DNA from: a virus
DNA length: 64,000 nt
IMG/VR virus record: IMGVR_UViG_3300042868_003730
Location: 32,001 to 96,000 of that record
Direction: 5' to 3' (one strand)
This document shows, piece after piece, positions 1 to 9,042 of the stretch. The position numbers were made by a program, and so were the translations under genes. Numbering within the stretch: the stretch's first letter is position 1; each line of letters starts with the position of its first letter. Under the pieces are notes generated by a model. It did no database searches, had not been told where the DNA came from, and saw only the letters and a program-made list of their open reading frames with translations.

Positions 1-147
1 GTCTCAGTTGATATCGTCGCGCAGTTTCGTCAGGAGTGTGATGACATTGATGATTATGACGAAAGTATGGATGGTGACTTCGATTCTGCTCTGGCGTCGG
101 CAGGATTTGGTACTGATGAAGATTATGGAGGATATAATGAAGAATAG
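1..147 (+). CDS. 3' end of acidic hypothetical protein (partial)
   Basis: Frame 1 open from window edge, ...DESMDGDFDSALASAGFGTDEDYGGYNEE*; not in ORF track. Confidence 0.6.
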   Translation, partial: VSVDIVAQFRQECDDIDDYDESMDGDFDSALASAGFGTDEDYGGYNEE

Positions 148-256
148 TGTTACTGTGCCGCGACCTTACACTAGGGTATCTATCAAACCAAAGCAAGCGC
201 ATAAGATCGCTACTCGTTATGACCGAAAAAAACTGGACAAGTATAATTATGACTGA
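137..256 (+). CDS. small basic hypothetical protein
   Basis: GGAGG SD before ATG137, MKNSVTVPRPY...; start preferred over the track's 8. Confidence 0.5.
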   Translation: MKNSVTVPRPYTRVSIKPKQAHKIATRYDRKKLDKYNYD

Positions 257-422
257 TAAGGAACTAGAAGAACTCCAGCAGCGCAATGCCCAGCGACTGG
301 CAGAAGTTAAATTGAGGATGGGCGATAAGTGGCTCCTGCATCCTACCAATAAGGTTACGAAGGAAAAGTGGCAGAAGGTTATCAAGACATCTACCAAAAG
401 GATTGTTCTTAACAATGTCTAA
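249..422 (+). CDS. hypothetical protein
   Basis: MTDKELEELQQRNAQRL..., overlaps the previous stop. Confidence 0.55.
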   Translation: MTDKELEELQQRNAQRLAEVKLRMGDKWLLHPTNKVTKEKWQKVIKTSTKRIVLNNV

Positions 423-735
423 ACTAAAGTTCAAATCAGCTGCAGAGAAACGTCAATACGAAGAGAATCTGCGCAGCTGGGAAAATTTGAAGGCTAAATA
501 CCCTCCAGCCCTAGTAAAACGTAAGAAAGATACTGACTGGGTGTATTCGCTACCAGTTGCGCGTAATACGGAGAAATTGCAGAGTTTGGTGACCCCTGGT
601 GGTTCAACTGCTGCAAAACAGTCTATGATGTACACTGGAGACAAAATCAAGGGTATTGGGACTATGCATAAGTCCAATATGGTCCCTGTGTTCTCCAATG
701 ACGAGGCTAAAGACCTGGCGTCCATGCGGCGATAG
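415..735 (+). CDS. conserved T4-like hypothetical protein
   Basis: C-terminal YTGDKIKGIGTMHKSNMVPVF...ASMRR motif that I recognise from T4-like phages. Confidence 0.7.
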   Translation: MSKLKFKSAAEKRQYEENLRSWENLKAKYPPALVKRKKDTDWVYSLPVARNTEKLQSLVTPGGSTAAKQSMMYTGDKIKGIGTMHKSNMVPVFSNDEAKDLASMRR

Positions 736-738
736 TTC

Positions 739-767
739 TTTACTTTTATTCAGTTTCGAGGTATAAT
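739..767 (+). promoter_or_regulatory. early sigma70-type promoter
   Basis: TTTACT-17bp-TATAAT; near-identical copies at 30268 and 30695. Confidence 0.85.
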
Positions 768-796
768 AACTTATCGAAGGTTGAAAGGAAAGCAAA

Positions 797-913
797 ATGT
801 TTGAATCGTTTCTCGCGTGGATGTTTATGCCTGGCACCTGGAATGATGCTATGGTTTACCTTGGGTTTGTCGCTCTTGTCGCTCTGGCTACTCTTGTCGC
901 TTTTGGAGAATAA
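797..913 (+). CDS. 38-aa membrane peptide
   Basis: AAGGA SD, first ORF after the promoter, MFESFLAWMFMPGTWNDAMVYLGFVALVALATLVAFGE; below the track cutoff. Confidence 0.6.
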   Translation: MFESFLAWMFMPGTWNDAMVYLGFVALVALATLVAFGE

Positions 914-914
914 G

Positions 915-1121
915 ATGAAGAAATTATTGCTTATCGTTGGTGTTACTCTGATGCTTTCGGGTTGTGGTAAGTTTAACCAGACGTGGGACTCTGCAGTATC
1001 TGGGTTTACTACCCGATGCATCGAAGGAACGACGTTCGTAATTCTGGATTCTGATCGCGGTGTTGCAATTACCCCTCTTGTTGGACAGGATGGGCTACCT
1101 AAAGTTTGCGTGTCTGAATAA
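915..1121 (+). CDS. small lipoprotein
   Basis: GGAG SD; MKKLLLIVGVTLMLSG|C lipobox. Confidence 0.7.
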   Translation: MKKLLLIVGVTLMLSGCGKFNQTWDSAVSGFTTRCIEGTTFVILDSDRGVAITPLVGQDGLPKVCVSE

Positions 1122-1321
1122 TGAATGATCGGATTAAGAAATTGGCTGAGGAAGCTGGCCTAGGTCAGGAACGATGGAATTCCACAGAACAGTTTAATGC
1201 TTTTCTGGAAGAGTTCGCCGAGTTGATTGTAGGGGAATGTGCCGTTGTTGCGGATTATTTCTACTCTCGGAACGATTGTGTGAGTGGTCGAAACATTAAG
1301 AAACATTTTGGAGTTGAATGA
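1121..1321 (+). CDS. hypothetical protein
   Basis: Coupled ORF; MNDRIKKLAEEAG...EFAELIVGEC small phage protein type. Confidence 0.65.
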   Translation: MNDRIKKLAEEAGLGQERWNSTEQFNAFLEEFAELIVGECAVVADYFYSRNDCVSGRNIKKHFGVE

Positions 1322-1518
1322 TGGAAAAACTAGATAAATTTATGAAATATATGCCTGGTCTGTATATGTTTGTTGCGGGATTCATGTTCTTAGTCATGTG
1401 CCAAGATTTCCTCGAAGGAAACATTGGTCTGGCGTTCATTAGTTCCATTTTGTTCTTGGGCAATCTTTGTGCTTACATCCATGATGTGAGGAAGGAAGAA
1501 AATGAATCTGTGCATTGA
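1318..1518 (+). CDS. small membrane protein (2 TM)
   Basis: ATGA overlap, two hydrophobic segments. Confidence 0.6.
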   Translation: MMEKLDKFMKYMPGLYMFVAGFMFLVMCQDFLEGNIGLAFISSILFLGNLCAYIHDVRKEENESVH

Positions 1519-1753
1519 CTGCATTCACTTTCGTCGCGCCCAGATGCTCGATTCGAAAGGAATCTGTTATCACCCTCAGGCAGTCATTTCGCGATCGCCA
1601 ATTGATGGCACGGTAACCTACCATAAAGTTGAGGTGATGCGCGCCAAGGTCGATCTTTGCCGCAATTCTGGTGTTCTGTTCCAATCTTTGCCAGTAGGCA
1701 AAGGTAAAACGGATTCCTCTTTATTTGATCGCATGAAGCGATGGTTTCCTTAA
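1502..1753 (+). CDS. hypothetical Cys-containing protein
   Basis: CIDC...C...C pattern, AGGA SD. Confidence 0.6.
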   Translation: MNLCIDCIHFRRAQMLDSKGICYHPQAVISRSPIDGTVTYHKVEVMRAKVDLCRNSGVLFQSLPVGKGKTDSSLFDRMKRWFP

Positions 1754-2226
1754 TCAAATATCACATCGTGGCATTTCTCTTGTTGGTAGCTACCTTACCA
1801 ACAAGTTTAGCCACAATGCCACCAAGTATAGATTGGCCCTCTGATGAGGTAATCAGTGAATACAAGTGTATGGTCACTGCTCTTTACTTCGAGGCTCGAG
1901 GTGAATCTATCATCGGTGTCCAGGCAGTCGCTAATGTTATTCTGAATAGAACTACGCACTATAGATTCCCTGGTAGTGTTTGTGAAGTAGTGAAGCAAAG
2001 AAATAAACGTACCTGCCAGTTCAGTTGGTATTGCGATAAGAAACCGCGAATACTGCCTGATACTATCGACATCAAGATAAAGGAAATCGCATACTCTGCA
2101 GTGATCACTAAATCATTAAAAGACGTAACAGGTGGCGCGTTGTTCTTTCATAGCAAAACAGTACAGGGTTGGGAAAGGTTAAATAGAACGAGACAGATCG
2201 GAAATCACTATTTCTACAAATACTAA
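1741..2226 (+). CDS. SleB-like cell wall hydrolase (Hydrolase_2)
   Basis: Signal peptide; ALYFEARGE, AVANVILNR, CQFSW, GGALFFH, IGNHYFY. Confidence 0.9.
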   Translation: MVSLIKYHIVAFLLLVATLPTSLATMPPSIDWPSDEVISEYKCMVTALYFEARGESIIGVQAVANVILNRTTHYRFPGSVCEVVKQRNKRTCQFSWYCDKKPRILPDTIDIKIKEIAYSAVITKSLKDVTGGALFFHSKTVQGWERLNRTRQIGNHYFYKY

Positions 2227-2234
2227 GGATCATT

Positions 2235-2822
2235 ATGGCAACTAGAAAACAATCAGCTAAACAGAAGGAAGACAGTCGCACAAGCCAAGGCGATATGGAG
2301 AACCATTCAGTTCAGTTGCTATTCGGTGAGATTGATATTGAAATCGCAGCAGTAATCTGCGCATGGATTCTTGAATCAAATATGGCACAGAATCCAGAAG
2401 AAAAGCCAGCGGCATTGACAATGATGATCAATAGCGTTGGTGGTGATCTGCATGCAGCATTCGCCATTATTGAATGTATGCGCGGCAGTACTATTCCTGT
2501 TCATACTGTGGCATTGGGTAATATCTGCTCAGCTGGTCTTATGATCTTTATGAGTGGACAGAAGTCGTTTAGAACTCTGACTCCAACCTGCACGATAATG
2601 AGCCACAACTACTCAACTGGTATTGTTGGCAATCACCACGAACTCCTTGCCATCCAGAAGGAACTGAACTTTACGCATCAACGTATTCTTGATGTATACA
2701 AGAAGTGTACTGGACTGCCAGAGAAGGTCATTCTTGAGAAGTTGATTGGTAATCAGGACACGTACCTGACCCCAACTGAGGCACTGGCATTGAAACTAGC
2801 AGATAGGATCGCAGGATTATAG
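2235..2822 (+). CDS. clpP: ClpP-like protease
   Basis: INSVGG, CSAG (Ser), IMSH (His), DTYLTPTEAL. Confidence 0.88.
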   Translation: MATRKQSAKQKEDSRTSQGDMENHSVQLLFGEIDIEIAAVICAWILESNMAQNPEEKPAALTMMINSVGGDLHAAFAIIECMRGSTIPVHTVALGNICSAGLMIFMSGQKSFRTLTPTCTIMSHNYSTGIVGNHHELLAIQKELNFTHQRILDVYKKCTGLPEKVILEKLIGNQDTYLTPTEALALKLADRIAGL

Positions 2823-2827
2823 GAACT

Positions 2828-2834
2828 CTAAATA
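2828..2834 (+). promoter_or_regulatory. T4-type late promoter (CTAAATA variant)
   Basis: CTAAATA recurs ahead of virion genes at 4099, 7914, 11541, 20393, 39910, 45347, 49270, 63493; TATAAATA at 7086. Confidence 0.7.
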
Positions 2835-2864
2835 ATCCATCGAGAACTATTTTGATGGATTAGC

Positions 2865-4106
2865 ATGCTGGATTTTAGAACTTATATCACCGAGGCAACT
2901 AATGCCCACATGACTCACATTGCCGACCTACCTTTTATCGAAGGTGTGGAAGGTACGCGAAAGGCTATCGCCTATTTGCATGATCTGAGGGACTTCCTAA
3001 ATGGTAGTCCCTCTTCTCACATGGCATCAAAGAATAAGATGTCAGTTAAGTTCGACGGAGCACCTGCTGTTTTCCTAGGTATCGACCCAACTGATGGAAA
3101 ATTCTTCGTCGCAAAGAAGGGTATCTTCAATAAGAACCCAATCGTCTACAAGACTCAGGCTGAAGTCGATGCTGATCTTCAGGGCGACCTACAAGAAAAG
3201 TTCTCGATCCTATTGAAGGAACTGCCTAAGCTGGGCATCAAGTCCGGAATCTTCCAGGGCGATTTGATGTTCACGAAGTCAGATCTCAAGAAAGAAACAA
3301 TTGATGGTGAGCAATATGTTTGCTTCCACCCAAATACGATTGTTTATGCAGTACCAGTATCTTCTCCTCTTGCTGCTAAGATTCAAGCAGCCAAGATCGG
3401 TATTGCTTTCCATACTGAATACACCGGAACAGAATTCGCTAACCTATCAGCGCATTTCGGAAATAAGATTGTTCCGAAGTTCAAAGAGAGCAAAGATATC
3501 TGGGCAGTTGATGCTGCCTTTGAAGATGCTTCCTCAGTAGCTACTCTTTCTCCGGCTGAAGAAGCGAATGTAGATACTCTTCTTAGTGGAATTGATAAAG
3601 TATTCAAGAGCATCGATGGTGTAATGCTCAATGAGATCCATAAAGACAAAGAACTGCTCGATCTGGTTTTGATCTACATCAACTCCAAAGTAAAACAGAA
3701 CGTCAGATCAGAAATGGCATCTGATAAAGCACTTGGCTTCGCTAAGTTTATTGATGATCGTTATCAGAAAGAGATCGAGAAAAGAGCTAGCGCAGCGGGT
3801 AAGGCTACTCAAGAACAAAAGCGATTAAGAGTCCTTGAGTATTTCAAGAAACATGAGAACAAGGAGATCGCAAAGATCTTCTTAGTTGCTGATATGATTG
3901 ATGAGTTAAAGGGTATTCTTATTGCCAAGATGAACCAGATCGGTGGTCTCAAGCACTTCGTCAAGACCAACAGTGGTTTCAAGGTAACCTCTCCTGAGGG
4001 ATTTGTTGCTATCAATAGTGACAATGAGGCAGTAAAACTAATTGACAGATTTGAGTTTAGTCAGAACAACTTCTCTCCAGAGATCATCAAAGGCTGGACT
4101 AAATAA
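2865..4106 (+). CDS. conserved T4-like protein (DUF6267-like) with ligase-like nucleotidyltransferase motifs
   Basis: KFDG, FQGDLMF, EGFV, VKL motifs; N-terminus MLDFRTYITE. Confidence 0.65.
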   Translation: MLDFRTYITEATNAHMTHIADLPFIEGVEGTRKAIAYLHDLRDFLNGSPSSHMASKNKMSVKFDGAPAVFLGIDPTDGKFFVAKKGIFNKNPIVYKTQAEVDADLQGDLQEKFSILLKELPKLGIKSGIFQGDLMFTKSDLKKETIDGEQYVCFHPNTIVYAVPVSSPLAAKIQAAKIGIAFHTEYTGTEFANLSAHFGNKIVPKFKESKDIWAVDAAFEDASSVATLSPAEEANVDTLLSGIDKVFKSIDGVMLNEIHKDKELLDLVLIYINSKVKQNVRSEMASDKALGFAKFIDDRYQKEIEKRASAAGKATQEQKRLRVLEYFKKHENKEIAKIFLVADMIDELKGILIAKMNQIGGLKHFVKTNSGFKVTSPEGFVAINSDNEAVKLIDRFEFSQNNFSPEIIKGWTK

Positions 4107-4130
4107 TATATTCGTCGATTGTCAAACAAA

Positions 4131-5756
4131 ATGAAAAATTACAAATCACTCATTCAAGAAGTTGCTGGGTCAACCATCGTTATGGGCTTCGGAAGACTGA
4201 ATCCTATTACCAATGGTCATGCGCTTTTGTTAGATAAACTTCTTAAGATTGCTTCTGCCAACAGAGCGAAGCACGTGATGTACATCACAAAGACTCAAGA
4301 TAAGAAGAAAAACCCACTACCAATTGAGCGGAAATTATTCTGGTCGAAGAAAGCATTTCCGGAAATCAATTTCGTTGGTTGTGATGACCAAATCCGAACA
4401 GTTATTGAAGCAGCGAAAGAACAGGATGGCAAGTACAAGAACCTAATTCTTGTAGCTGGTTCTGATCGCGTTCCGTCATATGAATCTTTATTGAACAAAT
4501 ACAATGGAACTGAATATAATTTCGATTCCATCAAGGTAGTCTCCGCAGGTGAGCGCGACCCAGACGCAGATGATGCTACTGGTATGAGTGCTTCGAAGAT
4601 GAGAGCAGCTGCGACGAATAATGATTTTGTGTTGTTTAAGAAGGGCGTTCCTGATTCAATTAAGGAACCAGATGCTCGTAAAATGATGCAGGAATTGCGC
4701 ACCCATATGGGCATCAAGTCCGTAGCTGAGATGGCGATTCAAGTTACACCTTCAAGAAATGCATATTACCTCGGTGAGACTTTCCTTATTGGTCAGGTAG
4801 TAAGAGAAGGCAATGAGTATTTCGAGATCCTTGATCGTGGAAGTAATTACGTAACCGTCTCTGATATCAATGGACATATGAAACGTAAGTTCATTCAATC
4901 ACTGGTCGTCGAAGATATCCAGATGCCATACGCTTCCGCAGAGGATGAAGATACGGGATTTTCCTTTAAGGGATTCCATCCTTCTAAGTCATTCCTTAAT
5001 AATCATGATGCAGTGACATCATTCCAGGCTACAATTGGTCGCTATGAAGAAGGAAAGATTGGCGACGCAGTTGGAATTCTTCGTGCCATGCAAAATACTG
5101 ATGAGATGATTCAACACATCGAGAAGATTGTTGATCTAGGGGAACATCCTGGCGATCATACTCTGGTAAATGCAAAGGTAATGGAACATTACGCAAAGAT
5201 CAGAGACAGTCTTATTGGTATTGGTGAGTTCGAGCACCACAGAGATTACCTACAGGCACTTCTATCTTTAGTTCAACTGGCAGAAATAGAAGCACAACCA
5301 ATGGCGGAAAATATGGAAACACCAATCGTTAAACCAAGCGACAAACTAAAAGTAGCCAAGATTATCGCTGATGCTCTTGGTGTTGACTCATCTGGTAGCA
5401 ATGCCGAGACACTTGTTAATAGTGCACTTCGTGCTATGAGGAAGAAAGTTCTCAAACAAGATTCAGTTGCGATCATTGGAAATATGCTTGATCTTGCTGA
5501 CGAAGTAGGTATCAAATACGATAAGAATTTAGTTCCAACTGGTCTAAAAGAAAGTGCTGATCCAGTAAATATGGATACTGAAACAGAAATGCTTGGATTC
5601 GAACAGCTGCGTCGTCGTATTCGCAAACACGCAACCCTCGGCGCACCAGAACAAGAAGAACTTCCTGAGAAACCAGCTGGCGTCGGTTCTAGTCTTGGCT
5701 CATCTTCCGAAACTCATCGTAAACAAAAAGTACGCAAGTTGATGAGTAATGATTAA
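4131..5756 (+). CDS. HxGH-family cytidylyl/nucleotidyltransferase with C-terminal extension
   Basis: FGRLNPITNGH, VAGSDRV, SAGERDPDA, MSASKMR; ATG4131 preferred. Confidence 0.8.
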   Translation: MKNYKSLIQEVAGSTIVMGFGRLNPITNGHALLLDKLLKIASANRAKHVMYITKTQDKKKNPLPIERKLFWSKKAFPEINFVGCDDQIRTVIEAAKEQDGKYKNLILVAGSDRVPSYESLLNKYNGTEYNFDSIKVVSAGERDPDADDATGMSASKMRAAATNNDFVLFKKGVPDSIKEPDARKMMQELRTHMGIKSVAEMAIQVTPSRNAYYLGETFLIGQVVREGNEYFEILDRGSNYVTVSDINGHMKRKFIQSLVVEDIQMPYASAEDEDTGFSFKGFHPSKSFLNNHDAVTSFQATIGRYEEGKIGDAVGILRAMQNTDEMIQHIEKIVDLGEHPGDHTLVNAKVMEHYAKIRDSLIGIGEFEHHRDYLQALLSLVQLAEIEAQPMAENMETPIVKPSDKLKVAKIIADALGVDSSGSNAETLVNSALRAMRKKVLKQDSVAIIGNMLDLADEVGIKYDKNLVPTGLKESADPVNMDTETEMLGFEQLRRRIRKHATLGAPEQEELPEKPAGVGSSLGSSSETHRKQKVRKLMSND

Positions 5757-7090
5757 TGGCACAGTTTAATAAAAACACTCAGGAATTTCTCAACCAAGAG
5801 AAAACACTATTTGAAGTTCCAATGATTGCCAACAAGAATGGCGACATTGTTACCACTTCAAATCGGTTTCCAGTCGATGCGGTAATAACAGGCACACCCG
5901 TTGTATCGTTTGGTGGAGTAAATCTAGATGCTTTTGGTAGATTAAGGGTAAGCAATCCACATACACTATTTGATGGCGCACAACGTTATAGAGATGATCC
6001 ATTTAAATGGAATCAAGTAGACACTGGCGCAGCCACAAGTGTATTTCTGCCTAACGAAAGTTCAGTGTTAATGTCGGTCTCAGGCAACGGTGACGAAAGC
6101 CTGAGACAAACTAAATCAGTGTTTGCCTATCAGCCTGGCAAAAGTTTACTGACCATGGTTACCTTTGCTATGACAACACCCACTGCAGGTCTGCGTCAGC
6201 GTGTTGGATTGTTTGGAGCACAGAATGGTGTATACTTTGAAGTAGATGGCACGACTGTGAATCTTGTGATTAGAAAATACACATCAGGATCCGTAGACGA
6301 CACAACAGAAAAGTTTGCTCAGGCAAATTGGAATGGTGATAAACTTAATGGCACTGGCCCAAGTGGAATTACTTTAAATGTCGCAACAGCACAAATTTTT
6401 TGGTGTGATATTGAATGGCTAGGAGTTGGATCAGTTCGTTGTGGGTTTGTAATTGATGGACAGTTCATACTCTGTCATACATTTCATCATGCCAATAGAG
6501 TTGGGTTCAGTAAAGTTTATATGACTACTGCTTCATTGCCAGTTAGATATGAATTAACTAGTACTGGCCCTGCAGGTTCTATGAGAGCAATATGTTCTAC
6601 CGTGATGTCTGAGGGTGGATATATGAATCGTAGTATTACTCGAAGTATTGGAACTAGTTTAACGGGTAAAGATCTAAGTAATACTGTGTATAGACCTCTG
6701 GTATGTATTAGACTCAATTCTGCCAATATTGAATCTGTGGTAGTTCCTTCTAAGTTTGATATATTTGGTTTGCAGTTGGCTGCGTTTTCATATCGCATTA
6801 TAGTAAATCCCACATTAACTGGCGCTAGTTGGACTAGTTCTGGAGCAGACAGTTCAGTAGAGTATGATATTTCTGCCACAGCATTAACAGGTGGAACAGT
6901 TATTGACCAAGGAATTTTTGTAGGATCTAATAAGGGTGGTTCAGCTTCAATCACTTCTAATGATGTAGATTTTAGTCAACAAATTGGTCGTACCATAGCA
7001 GGGGTTAGTGATATTTGGTGTCTAGCTGCTATAGCGACTACAAATAATGATGATGCTGTTGGTGTAGTGACTTGGCAAGAGCATATATAA
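5756..7090 (+). CDS. putative virion structural protein (beta-rich)
   Basis: DAFGRLRVS, YQPGKS, DIEWLGVGSVRCGF motifs typical of a phage virion family. Confidence 0.6.
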   Translation: MAQFNKNTQEFLNQEKTLFEVPMIANKNGDIVTTSNRFPVDAVITGTPVVSFGGVNLDAFGRLRVSNPHTLFDGAQRYRDDPFKWNQVDTGAATSVFLPNESSVLMSVSGNGDESLRQTKSVFAYQPGKSLLTMVTFAMTTPTAGLRQRVGLFGAQNGVYFEVDGTTVNLVIRKYTSGSVDDTTEKFAQANWNGDKLNGTGPSGITLNVATAQIFWCDIEWLGVGSVRCGFVIDGQFILCHTFHHANRVGFSKVYMTTASLPVRYELTSTGPAGSMRAICSTVMSEGGYMNRSITRSIGTSLTGKDLSNTVYRPLVCIRLNSANIESVVVPSKFDIFGLQLAAFSYRIIVNPTLTGASWTSSGADSSVEYDISATALTGGTVIDQGIFVGSNKGGSASITSNDVDFSQQIGRTIAGVSDIWCLAAIATTNNDDAVGVVTWQEHI

Positions 7091-7108
7091 ATAACAATAA
7101 GGATTATA

Positions 7109-7546
7109 ATGAATGATCTAACCATCTCAATGAAGAAGTTGCTTGCCAATGTATTCTTCTATTACTACAAAGCACATGCATTTCATTGGAACGTAGAGAG
7201 TGTTCTGTTCTCGCAGATCCATGACTTCTTTGGGGATATCTATGCTGATGCTCATACTTCAGTAGATGATATTGCTGAACGAATTCGTATTATGGATGAA
7301 TATGCGCCAACCAATCTGGCTGAATTGTATCAACTGAAGACCATCCAGGAAAGTAATCTTAGTGGTAGCGATGTCGTGAATATGCTTTCAGAACTGGAAA
7401 AGGATAATGAGAGTATCCAGGAAAACTTAACAGAAGTGTTCGGAATGGCAAATTCACTAAATATGCAGGGGCTAGCAAATTACCTCGCTGGTAGATTAGA
7501 GATCCACTCCAAATTCGGTTGGATGATTAAGAGTCATTTGAAATGA
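7109..7546 (+). CDS. dps: Dps/ferritin-like protein
   Basis: HAFHWNV, H..F...Y, DDIAERI ferroxidase motifs; TATAAATA at 7086. Confidence 0.9.
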   Translation: MNDLTISMKKLLANVFFYYYKAHAFHWNVESVLFSQIHDFFGDIYADAHTSVDDIAERIRIMDEYAPTNLAELYQLKTIQESNLSGSDVVNMLSELEKDNESIQENLTEVFGMANSLNMQGLANYLAGRLEIHSKFGWMIKSHLK

Positions 7547-7893
7547 GCAATTTAAATAGTTATTTCGTTTCTGCTGAACTTGATCTGTATATTGATCAGG
7601 GAGACGCGTATGATAATGTCGTGACTCTCAATGATGAGTCAGGAAGTCCAATTGATCTAACTGGATTGACCGTAACTGCTTCTCTGAAGAGATATTATAA
7701 CTCAACAAGGGATTACGCTCTAACTGCTGCATCCATTGGAAGTGGAACCAATGGTCAGATTTTATTATCTATGACTGCAGAGACTACTGCATTACTAGTT
7801 GACCCAAGATACGTTTATACTGTCTATGTAACAACCAACAATAAGAAAGTCAAAGTTTTATATGGGCAGGTATTAACATCGCCGATGGCGTAA
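7543..7893 (+). CDS. small virion/baseplate-associated protein
   Basis: LYIDQGDAY...PIDLTGLT...RYVY pattern. Confidence 0.55.
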   Translation: MSNLNSYFVSAELDLYIDQGDAYDNVVTLNDESGSPIDLTGLTVTASLKRYYNSTRDYALTAASIGSGTNGQILLSMTAETTALLVDPRYVYTVYVTTNNKKVKVLYGQVLTSPMA

Positions 7894-7963
7894 CAATCAC
7901 TATGTTTTCTTATCTAAATAAGAAATAAGAAAACGATCTCTTACTAATTTTATAGGAAATAAT

Positions 7964-8536
7964 ATGAACATAGCAAAATCACAAGACGTGCTTGGAGCAT
8001 CAGTTACTCGTGGAAGCAGCCAGTCTGAACAAATGGAAGTTAGCGGTCGTTATCGCGCGGAATGCCTTGACGCACAGGGTAATGTCAAGTGGGTCGAGGA
8101 TTTCGACAACTTGGTTACCACCCAAGGCAGAAACCACTTGTTAGACCATGGTCTAGCTGGTCCAGCTACTGCTGTTATTGTTCGCATGTCGTTCATTACT
8201 TCTGGTACTCCAGTTGTTGGTGACACATACGCGACCCACGCTGGTTTCACTGAACTTGGTTCGGGTATTATTGCTGCTCGCGGCACACCATCCTTCTCTG
8301 CCGCATCTGCTGGTGCTAAGGCAACTTCGGCAGCAGTTTCTGCTTCTATTGTTGGTACTGGTTCTGTTACTGGTGTGGCAATTAACCTAGTTGTTGGTGT
8401 TGTTGGTAACTTGGGTGTCGTTGCTGATACAGCAACCTCTGGTGGTATCCTGTACAGTGCTGGTCTGTTCGCTGTGGCCAAGTCTGTTTCGTCAGGCGAC
8501 ACTCTCAACGTAACTTACACGACTACATTGACCTAA
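7964..8536 (+). CDS. virion/tail-associated protein
   Basis: NLVTTQGRNHLLD...GDTLNVTY; late promoter upstream. Confidence 0.55.
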   Translation: MNIAKSQDVLGASVTRGSSQSEQMEVSGRYRAECLDAQGNVKWVEDFDNLVTTQGRNHLLDHGLAGPATAVIVRMSFITSGTPVVGDTYATHAGFTELGSGIIAARGTPSFSAASAGAKATSAAVSASIVGTGSVTGVAINLVVGVVGNLGVVADTATSGGILYSAGLFAVAKSVSSGDTLNVTYTTTLT

Positions 8537-8567
8537 TTTTCGTTCTTAACGATACTGGTGTTATTGT

Positions 8568-8855
8568 ATGTGTGATGTTGCGGCATTAACACCAGTATTA
8601 AGTTTCAATTATTTGAGTTCAAGAACACAGGTGTATAAAGGCGATCCTGGTCAGGGATTACCTATACACCAACATGAGTTTGCTCACCTTACAGTATGCA
8701 TCCAAGGTAGCATAAAGGTATTGAAGCAAAAGGGGTCGAAAATTTTAACTGTAAATGATAATCCTCTATTACTTACAGCTAATGAGTGGCACGAAATAGA
8801 AATTGTAGAACCAAATACAATATTCTCAAACATTTTCGAGGCGATAAATGGCTAA
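8568..8855 (+). CDS. cupin-domain protein
   Basis: HQHEFAHLT...G...WHEIE cupin metal motif. Confidence 0.75.
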   Translation: MCDVAALTPVLSFNYLSSRTQVYKGDPGQGLPIHQHEFAHLTVCIQGSIKVLKQKGSKILTVNDNPLLLTANEWHEIEIVEPNTIFSNIFEAING

Positions 8856-9042
8856 TTGCATTTTATTAGATCCACAGGGTAATTATGTGAATGCAATAGT
8901 TGCTGAACTAAACGATCCAGTCGACGAAGGTTATACTCTAGTAGAAGTGCCTGCAGGTTCTATCTGGGATGGCACTAAAGTCATAACCATAGAACAGTAC
9001 CAACAACAACGATCAAATACTAAAACAGTAGAGGCATTTTAA
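8848..9042 (+). CDS. small hypothetical protein (possible fibre chaperone)
   Basis: VNAIVA...GSIWDG; precedes the Gly-rich protein. Confidence 0.5.
   Translation: MANCILLDPQGNYVNAIVAELNDPVDEGYTLVEVPAGSIWDGTKVITIEQYQQQRSNTKTVEAF

Noticed and set aside
866-903. Short TTGTCGCTC repeats as a regulatory element
   Set aside because: They encode the VAL-VAL-ATL-VAF hydrophobic stretch of the 38-aa peptide
801-914. ORF-track N-terminal extension of the lipoprotein
   Set aside because: Better explained by a separate 797-913 peptide plus a lipoprotein starting at ATG915 with its own SD
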